From: Octopus vulgaris
Taxonomy: Eukaryota
Direction of reading: 5' to 3'
Length of the DNA stretch: 64,000 bases
Assembly (NCBI GenBank): GCA_951406725.2
Contig: OX597814.1
Span: forward strand, 87,978,001-88,042,000
This document shows positions 1 through 14,000 of the stretch, piece by piece. Below the pieces are notes generated by a model. It saw only the letters and a list, made by a program, of their open reading frames with translations. It ran no database searches and was not told the DNA's origin. Made by a program: the position numbers and the translations under genes. Each line of letters begins with the position of its first letter. The first letter of the stretch is position 1.

Positions 1-553
1 ATCATCACAGATATTTTCCCTTATTTCATTTTAATAATATTTAAGAGTAGTAAGGATGATCAAACCAAAATGATCACAGCATTTAGTTTCCTCCATCTTC
101 ATTAAACATTCAGATCATACAGGTATTATCTTCATTTTGTGTGTTGGAATTGATGAAATATGATAGATATTTGGATCAGTTCAACTGAGCTTCAATATAA
201 AATTGGTTTGCATGTAGTAAATCAATAATATTGACTGGGATGTGATTAGAAGATAATTTTGTGTTGCTGTGTCATTCAATCAAACCTAAGTAATGGTTGA
301 AGTGAATTTACTTATATTGCTGATACTTTAATAAATGAATAAATTTCATTTGATTTAATTCCTGTATGCTATAAATATGTACTTTTATGCCACAAAGTCG
401 ATATTTTTATAAATAAAATTGAGTATATTTTTATTACTTGGATTTAAAATATGTAATGATAAAAGTTAAAAATCAAACAACTATAAAATAAAATTGATTT
501 TGTTCAAATGTTGGTTTTTGTTTTATAGTATTTAATATTTATTTTATTTTTAG

Positions 554-628
554 GATTGTAACTTGTTTTTTGTTGTGTCTGGTACATTAAATGTCTCTCA
601 GAATTTGGTAGGACATGAAGAAAAAGAG
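554..628 (+). CDS. PNPLA6/PNPLA7 (sws): NTE exon (cNMP-binding region) [25 protein letters not shown]
   Basis: tttttag acceptor, gttagt donor, 25 codons, LFFVVSG cNMP strand motif. Confidence 0.85.
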
Positions 629-3600
629 GTTAGTTTTTCTACCCTTATCTAATAATTCTTTCATAATTGAATATAATCTCTATAATTCAATCTGACAAGT
701 TGTGTTCTGCAAGAATCAATAACTAAAAATTGAGGTACATGAGTGTATTGTGAGAGGAGAAAAACCAAAACAAAACAATGTTTTTGATTAGGAACTTAGA
801 AAAATCTTTTTCTTATTAAGCTTACCCATAGCCTTTACAAGGCTTTTCAGTTTTATAAGACCAGTCTGGTTGATGTTATGCTTGCACTGCTCTCAGGTTA
901 GTTCTTGAGTAAAGATGAGCAGAGGGAGTCCCAGATGAATTTTTTTTTTTTAAATTGAGTCTGAAGGATGGAGCATTGTTCATAAACTTTGTTGGCCCAT
1001 TGAAACTGATGAGTTTCATCATCGTTTAATGTCCGTTTTCCATGCTGAGATGGGTTGGATGGTTTGACAGAGGTCTGGAGAGCCAGTGGCTGCACAGGCT
1101 CCAGTCTAATCTGGCAATGTTTCTACAGCTGGATGCCCTTCCTGATGCCAACCACTCTGAGAGTGTAGTGAGTGCTTTTATGTCCTACCAGCATAGGAGC
1201 CAGTCAAGCAGGCATGGCATTAATCATGTTGGGATAGTGCTTTTTACATGCTGCTAGCATGGGGGCCCAGTCACTGGGTACTGGCATCGTGTGGCTGGTG
1301 TATTTTACATGCCACTGACATGGGAACCAGTCAGGTGGACCTAGCATCGACCACATTCAGATAGTGCTTTTTACATGCCACCAGCACGGGAGCCAGTCAG
1401 CGGGGACTGGCCATAGCTACAATATTGGTTTTACTTGACTCAACAGGTCTTCTCAAGCATATATCAGCCGACACATCAGGGGTACTCAGCTGGGTTGGAC
1501 ATGCGTGGTTGCGATCTCACTTTAGTTGCCAGGCCTTCTCAATGACAGCATATCTCCAAAGGTCTCAGTCTCCTGTCATTGCCTCTGTGAGGCCCAATGT
1601 TCAAAAGTCATGCTTCACCACCTCATCCCATGTCTTCCTGGGTCTACCTCTTCCACAGATACGGATTGGCACTTCCTCACACAGCTGTCCTCATCCATAC
1701 ATAACACATGACCATACCAATGCAGTTGTCTCTCCTGCACACCACATTTGATGCATCTTATGCCCAACTTTTCTTTTAGGGCACTTACACTCTGTCTTGT
1801 ATGCACACTGACATTACACATCCAGCAGATCATACTAGCTTCATTTCTTTCAAGCCTACGTATGTCCTCAGCAGCCATGGCCCGTGTTTCACTGCTGTGT
1901 AGTATGGCAGTTCGTACACATGCATCACACTCTACCTTTCATCCTGAGTGGGAGGCCCTTAGTTGCCAGCAGGGGTAGGAGGTCTCTGAACTTTGCCCAG
2001 GCTATTCTTATTTTAGCTGCTACACTCTCAGAGCAACCACCCCCACTACAGACTTGGACGCTTAGGTAGCGGAAGCTACTAACTACTTATAGTTTCTCCC
2101 ACTAGCATGTGATGGAATCTGTTTTCTGTACATCTTCAGTGTTTATTGCCCCTGTCCATCTTCCACACAAAAACTATTTTCCCCGTTAACCTTCCTTTGA
2201 TATTGCTGCACCTTTTATGTGTCCATAACTTACGCTGGGTGCATCATATGGAGTTTCTACCCATGCCTTTTCTATAGATCGAGCAGGGCCATCTACCTGT
2301 TGGCATTCATATTTGATTGCTTGCTTATAAATATAAAAAGATTTAAATGAGGAGTCATAAGAGCTGGATCAATAAGATGTCAGCCTTTTAGCTCTCGGTT
2401 GAGAAACTGTTCTAGCACCCTGCCACAAGTAGAGAGATGTGCTTTGGAGTACAGAACTCCTTATACAAAACTGGAGTACAAAACTCCTTATATCATATTT
2501 ATTTTGAAGCAGTTCAGGTAAAAAATAGCTATAAAAAATGCTATGAGTAGAATTAGTTTGAAATTAGTGAATGGTTTATACTGAGATTAAATCCTTTCTC
2601 ATGAGTTTTGTTTTAAGTTACTTTCTTTTTTTTTTTAGACTGTTGAAATTGGAAAAAAAACAATCAACTGTATTTTTCTTTTTTCAGACATTGCTGTTTA
2701 GTGCAGGTCTTGGTCGTCTTGTTGGTGCATTAGCTGTGTTAACTGGAGAACCATCTATGTTTACTGTACGATCAAAGACGGAGTCAGAAGTAGTACTCAT
2801 ATCCAAAGCAGATTTTTACTCGTATGTATAACTTTTTCTTACTCCTGTTTTAATAATTTGAGATAATAGTCTATGGACCACAAGGGCATTAAATTTTGCT
2901 TCATTGTTTGGGATTAGCTGCTGTTAGCTAAAATTTTCCTCAATATATCTAGTTGGCAAAACGTTCTAATTAACAGTTGAACTGTTAGCATTAAGAGGGT
3001 ATATTACCTGTGATAATAATTGTTCTAATACAATACAGACGTTTAATTTTCAAAAATTTGTTCCTTCCACATTTATATGAAATAAGGAATATAAAATTGC
3101 CAAGCAAAAAGTATGGACATTTTACTGAAATAAATGTATTTATTAGGCTTTCAGTTTTTTGTACATCTGAACTAGATTTAAATATCTATGTTTGTTCCAC
3201 ATAAAAAGTGCCTGTGCCAGCACTATGTAAAAGCATTCAGTACACTCTGTAAAATGGTTAGCATTAGGAAGGGCATTCAGCTGTAAAAACCATGGCAAAA
3301 CAGACGATTGGTGCCTGGTGCAGCCATCCAGCTTACCAGCTCCTGTCATACTGTCCAACCCATGCCAGCATGGAGAATGGACATTCAATAACGATGATGA
3401 CGCTATATCATCATCATCATATATATCATTATCATTTTAGGACAGTTTCCCATACTGATGTGAGTTGGATGGTTCAATAGGTGTTCAACAAGTCAGAGAA
3501 CCACATCTTGCTACAATGTCTCATTTTTGACATGTTTTCTACAGCTGGTTGCTCTTCCTAACACAAACCATTTTGTAGAGGGTACTGGGTGCATTTTTTT

Positions 3601-6600
3601 ATGGCATAAGCTGTGTTGCAGTTGGTTTGCTGTTATGACTAAAGAGCCATCTCAGGCCTTGTGTTGTTGCTGCTCAAATCAATTACCAATTATGTACAGA
3701 ATGCACTGGCCAGTTTTTGTGGAATCAGCACTACCAGGGTCACCTTCCATGTTGGGAGGAACAAATTTATTGTGAGAATAAGGGAGGGAACAGTTATATC
3801 AATGCAAGTGATTAATGGCTTTTGTTTAAAGTCTGAAAATGGGATGTTTTTGTTTGTTGTTAAAGTAAAAATATTTTCTCATTTCGAAAATTAAACTTTT
3901 TCAGAATAATGAAAAAGCAACCTTCCATAGTACTTCAAGCAGCCCATACTATTGTCAAGAGAATGTCTGCCTTTGTGAGGCAAATTGATTTTGCTTTGGA
4001 TTGGACAATGCTAGAAGCTGGTAAAGCTTTGTTCAGGTAAAAAAAATCAAAATATTTCTTAGTTTCTGTATGACTTTAAAAAGAAATTTTCAACAATGAA
4101 AACACTGAATTTGTAAAGTATGACTTATATTGTCTCTTTCATGTATGCTTACACACGCACACACATGCATGCACTCACACAAACACATACACACACACAT
4201 CATCATCATCATTGTTCGACCGTGGTCGAGACAATGGAATTTACCATGTTGCGCCAGACTTCACGGTCCATCATAGCATTACGGAGGTCCTGTTGCTGGA
4301 TGCCTGTATCCCTGGAGATTACATCAGGGTAGGAGAGTGTGCGCCCTCTGGTGTTGCGAGTAGATGGCTTCCAGAGGAGAAGAGTAGAAATTACTTCTTT
4401 TTCAGCTCTACAACAATGTCCAGCAAACTGGACTCTCCTACCCTTCACAAGAGATGACACAGGTGGTAATTTCCCATATATTTGCATTTTAGTTGGATGG
4501 CGCCTCCACGAGAGATTTTGAGCTCTCATAAGGAGGCGAGTGTAGGTTCCATCCAACCGCCTCTCAAGCTTCTTTGATAACGTCCAGGTTTCTGAGCCAT
4601 ATAGTAGGATTGGTTCGACTGTGGCTTTGAATATTTCAAGTTTGAAGTCTCTACTTAGATTTGATGACCAGATCTTATGCATGTCATTACAGGCTGACCA
4701 GGCCATACCCTTTCTAGTTAGAAAGTCTTTTCCAGATGATGATATGTATGACCCAAGATATTTATAATCAGAAACCATATTTAAAGGTGCACTGTTGAGA
4801 GTGTGGATGATGCAATCACTGTTGGACAGGCACTTGTTTATGTATTCAGTTTTGGTCTCATTAAGGTAAAGACCTACACAATTTGAGGCTTGTTCAAGAG
4901 ATTGTAAAAGAGACTGGGCATTGGAGAGAGAATCACTGATAAGAGCGATGTCGTCAGCAAAGTCAGTGTCTGTCAAGTACTCAGCTGGGTGTCTGGAACT
5001 TCTTCTTGGTTTTATTTCAAAGCCCTTGCCAGAGATGGTATCAACTGACACACACACACACACAGTCCTTAACTCCTATTCTTTTTATTGCAGCTTATTT
5101 TTATTTTGTCTCACTTTCAGGTTATTTTTTATTATATTACAAAATGTATTGTGGATTTGCATCCTTCAGATGAGTTCATCACATCATCTTCCCTCCTAAT
5201 TTCCAGAAGAAAAATTCATAAAAAAAACAAAAACAATGTTCATATAGCTTTGCTCTCAGAGTTAATTGTATCTAATTGCATTGCTCTGTTTTTTTTTTCC
5301 TTCTCTTTTTTTTTTTCATCAGAATCTTTTTGTAAGTATTTATTTTTAGTATGTGCTAAAATAATTTTGAAGAAAACTTGTTTAGGGAAGATTTAGTATG
5401 CTCCTCCAATGAAACATATTTCAACCAATTTAGACTGCATCAGTTCTGTATTCAGATTGTATGCAGTACATACATCTTGACTATTTTTCAACTACTGCTC
5501 TAATAATGTTTGACAAAAATTATAGCAAAATGCAATTGTTCTATGGTTTGTTACATAGTTGAATAATTGTTACAAATTACATAATATATATCACTAACTA
5601 CCAACCATTCTGTCTTCATTAGGCAAGATGACCCGTGCAACTCGATCTATATCATCCTGACTGGGCGTTTACGATCAATCATTACTACTCCAAATGATAA
5701 GAAAGAACTGGTTGGAGAATATGGCCGTGGAGACCTTGTTGGCATTGTAGAAGCATTAACCCAGACCCAACGAGCTACAACATTGATGGCTGTGAGGTAA
5801 ATTACTCTAAATTAATGATTCAAGTTGATGTTTAACATCATTATTCCAATTTGCTAGGGTTTTTTTTTTCTATTAAAGGGTTGATACCAGCTCTTTAAGT
5901 TGTTAAAACTTTGAATTATATAGTGTGCTCTACTTGAGTAAGGAACTATAGCTCTTCATTGTGCCTATTTACTGCACCATTTACAACATTAAGGATTGCT
6001 TCATTGCTCTTAATTCTCTGATAAATTATAAACTTTTGACCGTCAACCAATAGATCACTGTTTAATGATTTACAAATAGTAAAACTTGTATTTCTATTGC
6101 TTTAAACAATATGTCAATTTAATGATGTTTCTGTTTTAATTTCAGTACCAAAATGTAATGTTTTCTTTCATTCTTTCTCTCCATTTTAGAGATACTGAAC
6201 TTGCTGATATACCAGCAGAATTATTAAATCACATTAAAAGAAAATACCCACAGATTGTTGCTCGTCTCATTCATTTGTTGGGGCAGAGACTGCTTGGTAG
6301 TCTTCAAAGCAGATCAGGTAATGAATCATACTGATTAACAAAATGACATATTGGTGTTGTAATGTTCTGTGTGCACAAATATTGTAAGGTTCAGTTATAT
6401 TGTTTGTAATGTTAGTCTCTTTTCTGCTTCACTTATCACATCTTGCATCAAATTTTACTCATATAAAATCCTCTCCACAACACTTGTCATAGCTTACTAC
6501 TAAATAATTTTATATATTGTTTATTTGTTTGTAAGTTCAACCATTGAATGCACTCCATTAATTTGAGAGTTATAAATGTTTACTATATATGTATATGTAC

Positions 6601-9600
6601 TGTTTACTTGAATTCCATGTTCATGTAAAAATATTTTGCTTTGTTAGATAAAATGAAACCTAATTGCCTTGTTCAGTTATTGGGCTGTGTCAAGAAATGA
6701 AATGAAGTATTCCCTGACAAAGCCCACTGACTGAACAAGTCAATTAGGCTTTTTTTTAACTCAAACAAAGTAACATTTTTGCCTGAATTTGAAGCTCAAG
6801 TTGCTGTCAAACACATCTTCACAGCACACTCATTTGCCCACATAAAAACTGATATATTGGTAAGAAAAAAAATGTTAATTTGTTTAGAAAAGTTAACGTT
6901 TTCAATGTTCTCATTCTTATGAACCAATAAACAAATAAAAAAAAGTATGTCTATTTCATTAACACTTTAAAATGTATTTACTTTTTACAGCCCCACTGAG
7001 TATAGAGAACCGGCTCTTAGTTTCAAACCTTTCAACTGTTGCTGTTGTCCCTGTCTCACGTGATGTACCTCTTACTAATTTTGTCCTGGAACTACAACAT
7101 GCTCTCAATGCAATAGGTAAATCTTGTTTTAATATTTAGTTTCTATTATAAGGCTTGGTGCTGTGTTGTTGAACCCCTAGACCAGCTTTCATTGAGAAAA
7201 TGTATTACCATACCACTATAATATATCTAGGGCTGTTTTATCCAATATGTTCTTACTTCTTTAAAACTTTCTTTCAAACTGTAAGAACAAATTTGAGATG
7301 AGCAATTTGGTTGCTGTATCTAGCTTGTTTGCTCAAAGACTGGGAATGACAGGAATAGTAGAGCAATGAACTAAATATCTTACAGTATTTGTTTTTGTGT
7401 CTCTACATTGATTTCAAATTCTGCTGCAATTTATTTTGTATTATATTTTTTTTTGAGAGGTGGGGTTCCATAAATTAGTTTCCAGTAATAGTCTTGCAAG
7501 TTACATGGTGTCTTTACTAGTGCTGGTACCATGAACAAGCACCCTGAATACTCTGTAAAGGCATCCAGCTGTAGAAACCATGCTAAAGTAGACAATGGAG
7601 TATAATGCAATCTTTGGAACCATTGGATCCTGTCAAACTCTCCAACCCATGCCAATATGGAAGACAGACATTAAAAGGTGATAATGATGAATTTAGGGTT
7701 GATTTAAATGACACTTGCTTTTCTTTTCAATGTATTGGTTTAAAAAAATCAATACTTCAATGAAAATTGGTACCAGTATACCAACACACTTAATAAACTA
7801 AGTTTATTAAATGATTTGCTTCCTTAAACAGACTAAGAAATGAGTTTTATAAATGGAATTTATTCTTAAAATATCTCTTGTTGATAGAAATCATTTGATT
7901 TGTGGAGCATTATATCATTTTAATTACCTGTAGGAAAATTAATTGAACATCACTGGCTTATAATTGAATCCTTTTGTATACTTGTAATGTGTAAAGCTAA
8001 AATTTTTCTTTAAGCATGAAAGATTCCTTAAGGCAGCTGTAAACAATTTCAGTGTATCTTGTATTATTAAATGAAGACAAAATCATCATCATCATCATCA
8101 TTTAATGTCTGTTGTCCATGCTGGCATGGGTTGAATGATTGACTGGGCTGGCACACTGGAAGGCTGCGCCAGGCTCTAGTGTGATTTGGCATGATTTACT
8201 CTGGCTGGATGCCCTTCCAACTGCTCTCGAGAGTGTTATGGGTGCTTTTACATGCCACTGGCATGGGTGTCATTTGTGTAACACCAATATCTGCCATGAC
8301 TGCAATTTTGTTCAGCTTGATGGGTCTTCTTCTTAAGCACGACATAATGCCAAAAGTCTTGGTCATTGCCTCCGTGAGTCCCACCACTTGAAAGGAACTC
8401 AGCCACCTTGCCTCCGTGAAGCCCAGTGTTTGAAAGGAACTCTGTCAGACTCAATGCTCAAAAGGTACTTTGCCTTCGTGAGGCCCAACATCCAAAGGTT
8501 GATCTTTTTTTACATGCCACCATTACGGGTGCACTTGACTTGATGGGTCCTCTTAAGCAGAGTACATGGCCAAAGGTCTCGGTCATTAGATATGTTATAT
8601 AATGTTATTTAGTTCATCATTTATATTGTCATTGAAGAATTCTTAATTTGTTTTCTGACCAATTATGATTTTGAAAGTAAATAACTTTGTCATCAAATCT
8701 TACACCAGGCTTTAAATTTATTTTGTAGGTCCAACTGCTCGGATCACTAGTGAGATAGTCAGTGCAAGAATTGGTAGTTCTGGATTTAACAGGTAATTAT
8801 AGAACTAATATTCTAATTTCTGTATTTCTCTATGAAAGTTTTCATTGTATCTGTTTTAGAAGCTATAATTTAAAGGATTTAGTCCTACTTTTATTGAAGA
8901 AGATTAGGACACTTATCAAAAACAATAGAGTTCTAAACAAAATTATTTATAGCATTTGGTCTCGTCCATCTAAAATTCTGTGTTGAAATCTTATCAGGGT
9001 TAATGAAGCCTTACTGTGAGGGACCACCCTGAGATCTTATCACAACTATTTTATTTCTCTTTCCTGCCCCCACTCTCACTTCTATAATGTGAGACCCTAT
9101 GTAACTCCTCTGCAGCATGAAACCTGTTCTGTTCTGGCCTTTTCTCATTAACTAGCATAAAGCCACCTCCTTTTCTACTGTTGTCCCATTCAGTCAAAAT
9201 GATCATGCAAGCTGCATTGCAACCTCACTAGTGTTAGTGCCCTGACAAAACCTTCAATGCAATCTAAAGTGGTTGGCATTAGGCAGGGTATCTAACTGTA
9301 GAAACAAAACCAAAACAAACAGTTGAGCATGATGCAGTCTTTGAAACCATCAGGTTCTGTCAAACCATCCAACCCATTCCAGCATGGAACATGGATGTTA
9401 AAAGATAAGAACGATGAAAGTTGTGGTCTTATGCCAATATAAGAAGTCAATAATTTAGAATTGTGAACAAATTTTTAGAAATTGCCTTAAGTAGAGGTAA
9501 CAGAATTAAAGCTTTTAGATTTAATCATTTCATGTTAAATCAAAATAGATTTCTCTAAACTTTTCTTTAAATTGTTGACATCCAGTAATGCTCTCTAGCT

Positions 9601-10966
9601 CACTTCTCTTCATCTTAGTCTTTGAACCACTTTCAAGAATTCAGTTTTGGGTACTTGATTGAAGATTCTTATAAAAAAAATCAAAGGAACAAGAAAAACT
9701 TTATAGTTTAAGAGACCATATTTGAGTCAAATTAAGGTACTTATTAGTAAAAGAGTTCACAAGGAAGTGGTTTTTCTCTTATGCAGGCGTGAATTAAGCA
9801 AGATCTCAATATTTTGTAGTTAATGCAAACAATGGTTGCAAAATCACTTCTGTCAGTTTAACTAAGAACCAATTTCAGGTGTGCTAAATCAATTTGAATT
9901 GTTAGCAACTTTGAATTGCTCAGATGACTTGTTGACATAGTAGATATATTTTGCATGATTAAAATAGTTAATGAAGTGATTTGGCAGAATTGTTAGTACT
10001 TTGGACAAAGTGCTTAGTGACATTTCTTCCTGCTCTTTACATTTTGAGTTCAAATTCTGCCGAAGATGACTTACCTTTCATCCTTAAGGTCAATGAAATA
10101 AGTACCAGTTGAGTACTGGGATTGATGTAATCAAGTATTCCCCTCCTCTAAAATTGCTGGTCTTGTACCAGAATTTGAAACCAATATGGTTTTAATGTGA
10201 GAAGTTATTGATTATACAAAAATTTAAAACTGAAACTGATGGAGAAGTTTAATAACTGTTCTAAAATCTTCATTTCTCTCGAATTTATATAAAAGGCAAA
10301 TTGTGTTGTTAATGCTGATAAAATATTCAAATTTCATAATAGGTGAATACTGTTAATACACATTTACTGATAAGAAAAGTTAATAGAGATGACTGAAAAA
10401 AATCCGAAGTTTTTATTTTCAGCAAATTGCATCATTTTGTGACCTTTAGTAGAAAACAAATATTAACAAGGCTCTTCTCTCTGTTTGCAGAATGACACTT
10501 CATTCTGGGGTCTCTGTTGGTCTATGGAAACCATGCATCTGCATATATATGATTAGGCCTGGGCAAGATTTTTTGAGGAATAATTATCATTATAATAGAT
10601 GTGCTGTCAGGAGTTAGATGAATCTAAAATGTCTCATTAATGTTCTTTTTCTTTAAAAGAAATTAGCTGGTAATTTTGCTGTTTTATGAAATTTCAGTTT
10701 GAATGACTTCCGTTTGTTCAGCTGGCTTGGACAACATGAAGATATTAATCGAATGGTTTTATACCAATGTGATAATACAATGACACGATGGACTAAGCAT
10801 TTTGTGAGGCAAGCTGATTGTATCCTAATTGTTGGTGTTGCCACAAATGACCCCACATCATTGGGTGAAGTATGCACTAATCTTTAAAATCTTAACTTTA
10901 CCCATGCTACATAGTAAATGTAATTTACCACTATAACCTTCTCATTAAAATCGTTTTTCAATCCTA

Positions 10967-11034
<68 letters not shown>

Positions 11035-14000
11035 TAATCACAAATGGTTTTCTCTTTCAAGTTCAGAAGTTAAGAGCAGTTTTTAACTGGCACTGACTTC
11101 TGTTACTAGTTTCTTCACCATATGTATTGTAATTGTCAAGTAAATAATTCATCTAAACTGAATGTTGTCACTTAAAAGCTAATTGATATTCCTAACTACT
11201 TTTTTTTATAACATTTATTTTGCAAAGTATTTTTTAGACTAAATTTTTCACAAGTGCATATATGTACATGAATTATCTTATTTTATTGGAAAGAAAAAGG
11301 CTTTTTTTTGTTAGAGTAACATATTTAGTAATTAATGAAAACTAGGAAATATTTTGTAGCACATTAAATTGTACCTTTATTTAATTTAACTAAACAATAT
11401 TTGCACATCAGGTTTTCAACAGTTAAATCCCCATTTGCATGTATGTGGGTGTTAAATATAAGCTATAGCACAATTTTTCTTTAGATGCTATGCACTCTGT
11501 TTGTTACATTGCAACAAAATGTCTTTAGTTATTTTCCAAGTACAGTATCCTATTATTGCCATTTATATATATTGGGCCATCCCATAAGTAATACAGTTTT
11601 TTTATACTTCTTTTATTTTTCAAAATTAAAATAAATGAAATTCTTTTTTAATCTAAAATATACGCTCCTTAATTTTCTACAATACTCTTCCATCTATCTG
11701 GAAGACGCTTCCAAAATTCACTTGTCCGTGATGAAAAATACTCCTCCAGTACTGTTCTGACCTTGTCCACAGAATTCATGGTTATTCATTTATATATATA
11801 TATATATATATATATAAATTACTTGGTTAATATTTGGTCTTTTAAAATGCTATAAAATTCTAGTTCAAACCTTTGTACTTCAGGTTGAAACACAGTTGGA
11901 AAACATAGCTGTTCGAGCTCAAAAAGAATTAATTTTGCTACATAAAGAAGGTACTGATACACCTCGCAGAACAGCTGATTGGTTAAATGCACGTGGTTGG
12001 TGCTCCTCGCATCATCATATTCGTTGTCCCAAGAGAGTGTTCAGTAAGAAAAATAAAGAAAAAACAGTAAGTTCTTATTTCTTTTGTTTTTTTTTTCTTT
12101 GTCCTTTTGACACTACACTTAAATTTGTAATTGTATGTATATTTGCAATTTGCTGAAATTTATTTTTTAATACATCGGTTTTTCTCTGGTTTGATAAAGT
12201 TTTCGTTTTTACTGTGCCTGCTCCTTATATTTCATGTAAATATCAATAGGTGCAAGCCTTGCTGGTTGGTTAAGAATTTTGCTTCCAGTCCACATCGTTT
12301 TCGGTCCAGTCCTACTGCATGGCACTGTGGGTGTCTATGATAACCTCAGGCCAATCTAAGCCTTGTGAAAGGATTTGGTAGATAGAAATTGAAAGAGGCC
12401 TGTCATATATATGTATGTATGCCTGAGTGTGTGTGTTTGTGTCCCCTTGTCTTGACATCGCCTGATAATTGCAAATGAATGTTACTGTCATACAAGCAGT
12501 ATCATTCATTTTCAATTTCTGCAAAAATGTCAAACATGTCTGGGTACAGGGAAATATTACTTTACTTGGTAACATGTGCAGGTTGGTGACAGGAAGGGCA
12601 TCAAGCTATAGAAAATCTGCCTTGGTAAACTCTGACCAATGCAAGCATGGGCAAAGTGTGCATTAAAATGATGATGATGATTAATATTTAAAATAACTAT
12701 TACAAGTTTGACTTTTCTCTTTGTAGAATTAAAAAAATTTTTTTTTTTTTTTACCAAATGTCATATCTTTAATGCATGAGGAAAACAACAATGATTGTGT
12801 TTGTAAAAATGAGAGTGAACATGTTTGGTGAGTGGATGTGTTTGGCAAGTGGTGTTTACTTGTTTAGTCTGAAGAGTAGCAGAAGCAGGTTTCAGATATT
12901 TTGGGAACTCATCAAGTCTGGGAGCAGTTTTATGTTTAATTTGGATTATAGTAAACTTGAGTATATTTCTAGTGCGATGTAGTTCTATTTAGAAATAGTT
13001 TATGGAGGCATTTAGATTTTCTTTCTTTTCATAGTTCAATAATCTGAAATATAGTAGTCTGTGATCTTGCTACAATGCAAGTTTGAATATATTTTGTGTG
13101 TGTGTCTGTGTGTCCAATTATAGCATTAACCTTTTATTAAAATTATAAAAATTTTATTAAAATTATATCAAGGTTGAAAAAATAGGCAACTATGGTATGC
13201 TGAAGTCATCTCAGTTGACTTATATCTCTTCCCTACAAAATTGTGATCTTGTGTCAAAATTAGAAATCAGTATTGTTGGTATTCAGTTAAACTGTATAGC
13301 AGTAATGTTGAAATGTATTTTACTGTTTTGCTTCAACCAGTTTAATCAACTTTTTACAGTTATACGAATATGTTTGGCAGTACCTTTTCACCATTTAATC
13401 ATTAAACTTATAAAGATGTATATTAACACCAGAAAGGGTCCGGGGAAGAATTTGGTTAACTTCAGGTACTGCAAAGTGTGGATAATCAAATATTTTGGGC
13501 TCTTGATCTTCATTGAATTAAGGGAGAGAAGTTTTGTCAACTTGGTTGTATGTAGGCAAGCATATGAGAAGGAATTGAAATGAAGATGTGATGTAAATAA
13601 TGTGAGAGATAGGGGTGATAAGAGAAAGTCAACAAAAAGTGGAGTGGAAGCTAGAATTGGATAGGGAAGATAAAGGCCAGCTAATGCATTGAGCCAGGGA
13701 AAAGGAGCCAGTTTTTGAGAGGGAAATGGGGAAAATGGTGATTCCATGGATAACAATACATGCTTATATTCACTAATTTTATCATTTTAAAGCTAAACTT
13801 GAATATTTAAATTTGATTTTTGTTTTTCATTTTCAGTTAGAAACATATAAGAAACTATTTGAATCAGAGCCAGACCGTATGTCTGATTTTGCCAGACTAG
13901 CACGGTTCCTCACTGGTACATCAATAGGTTTGGTGCTTGGAGGAGGTGGTGCTCGGTAAGAGATTTTTCTTCAGCAAAATAATTAGAAAAAAAGCAATTG

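Noticed and set aside
4209-5063. Longest ORF in the track as a host gene
   Set aside because: It is a 5'-truncated LINE reverse transcriptase, and its start lies in a (TG)n microsatellite.
10476-10620. Strong acceptor-like TCTCTCTGTTTGCAG as an extra exon
   Set aside because: No good donor follows, no NTE similarity, and the neighbouring exons splice in frame without it.
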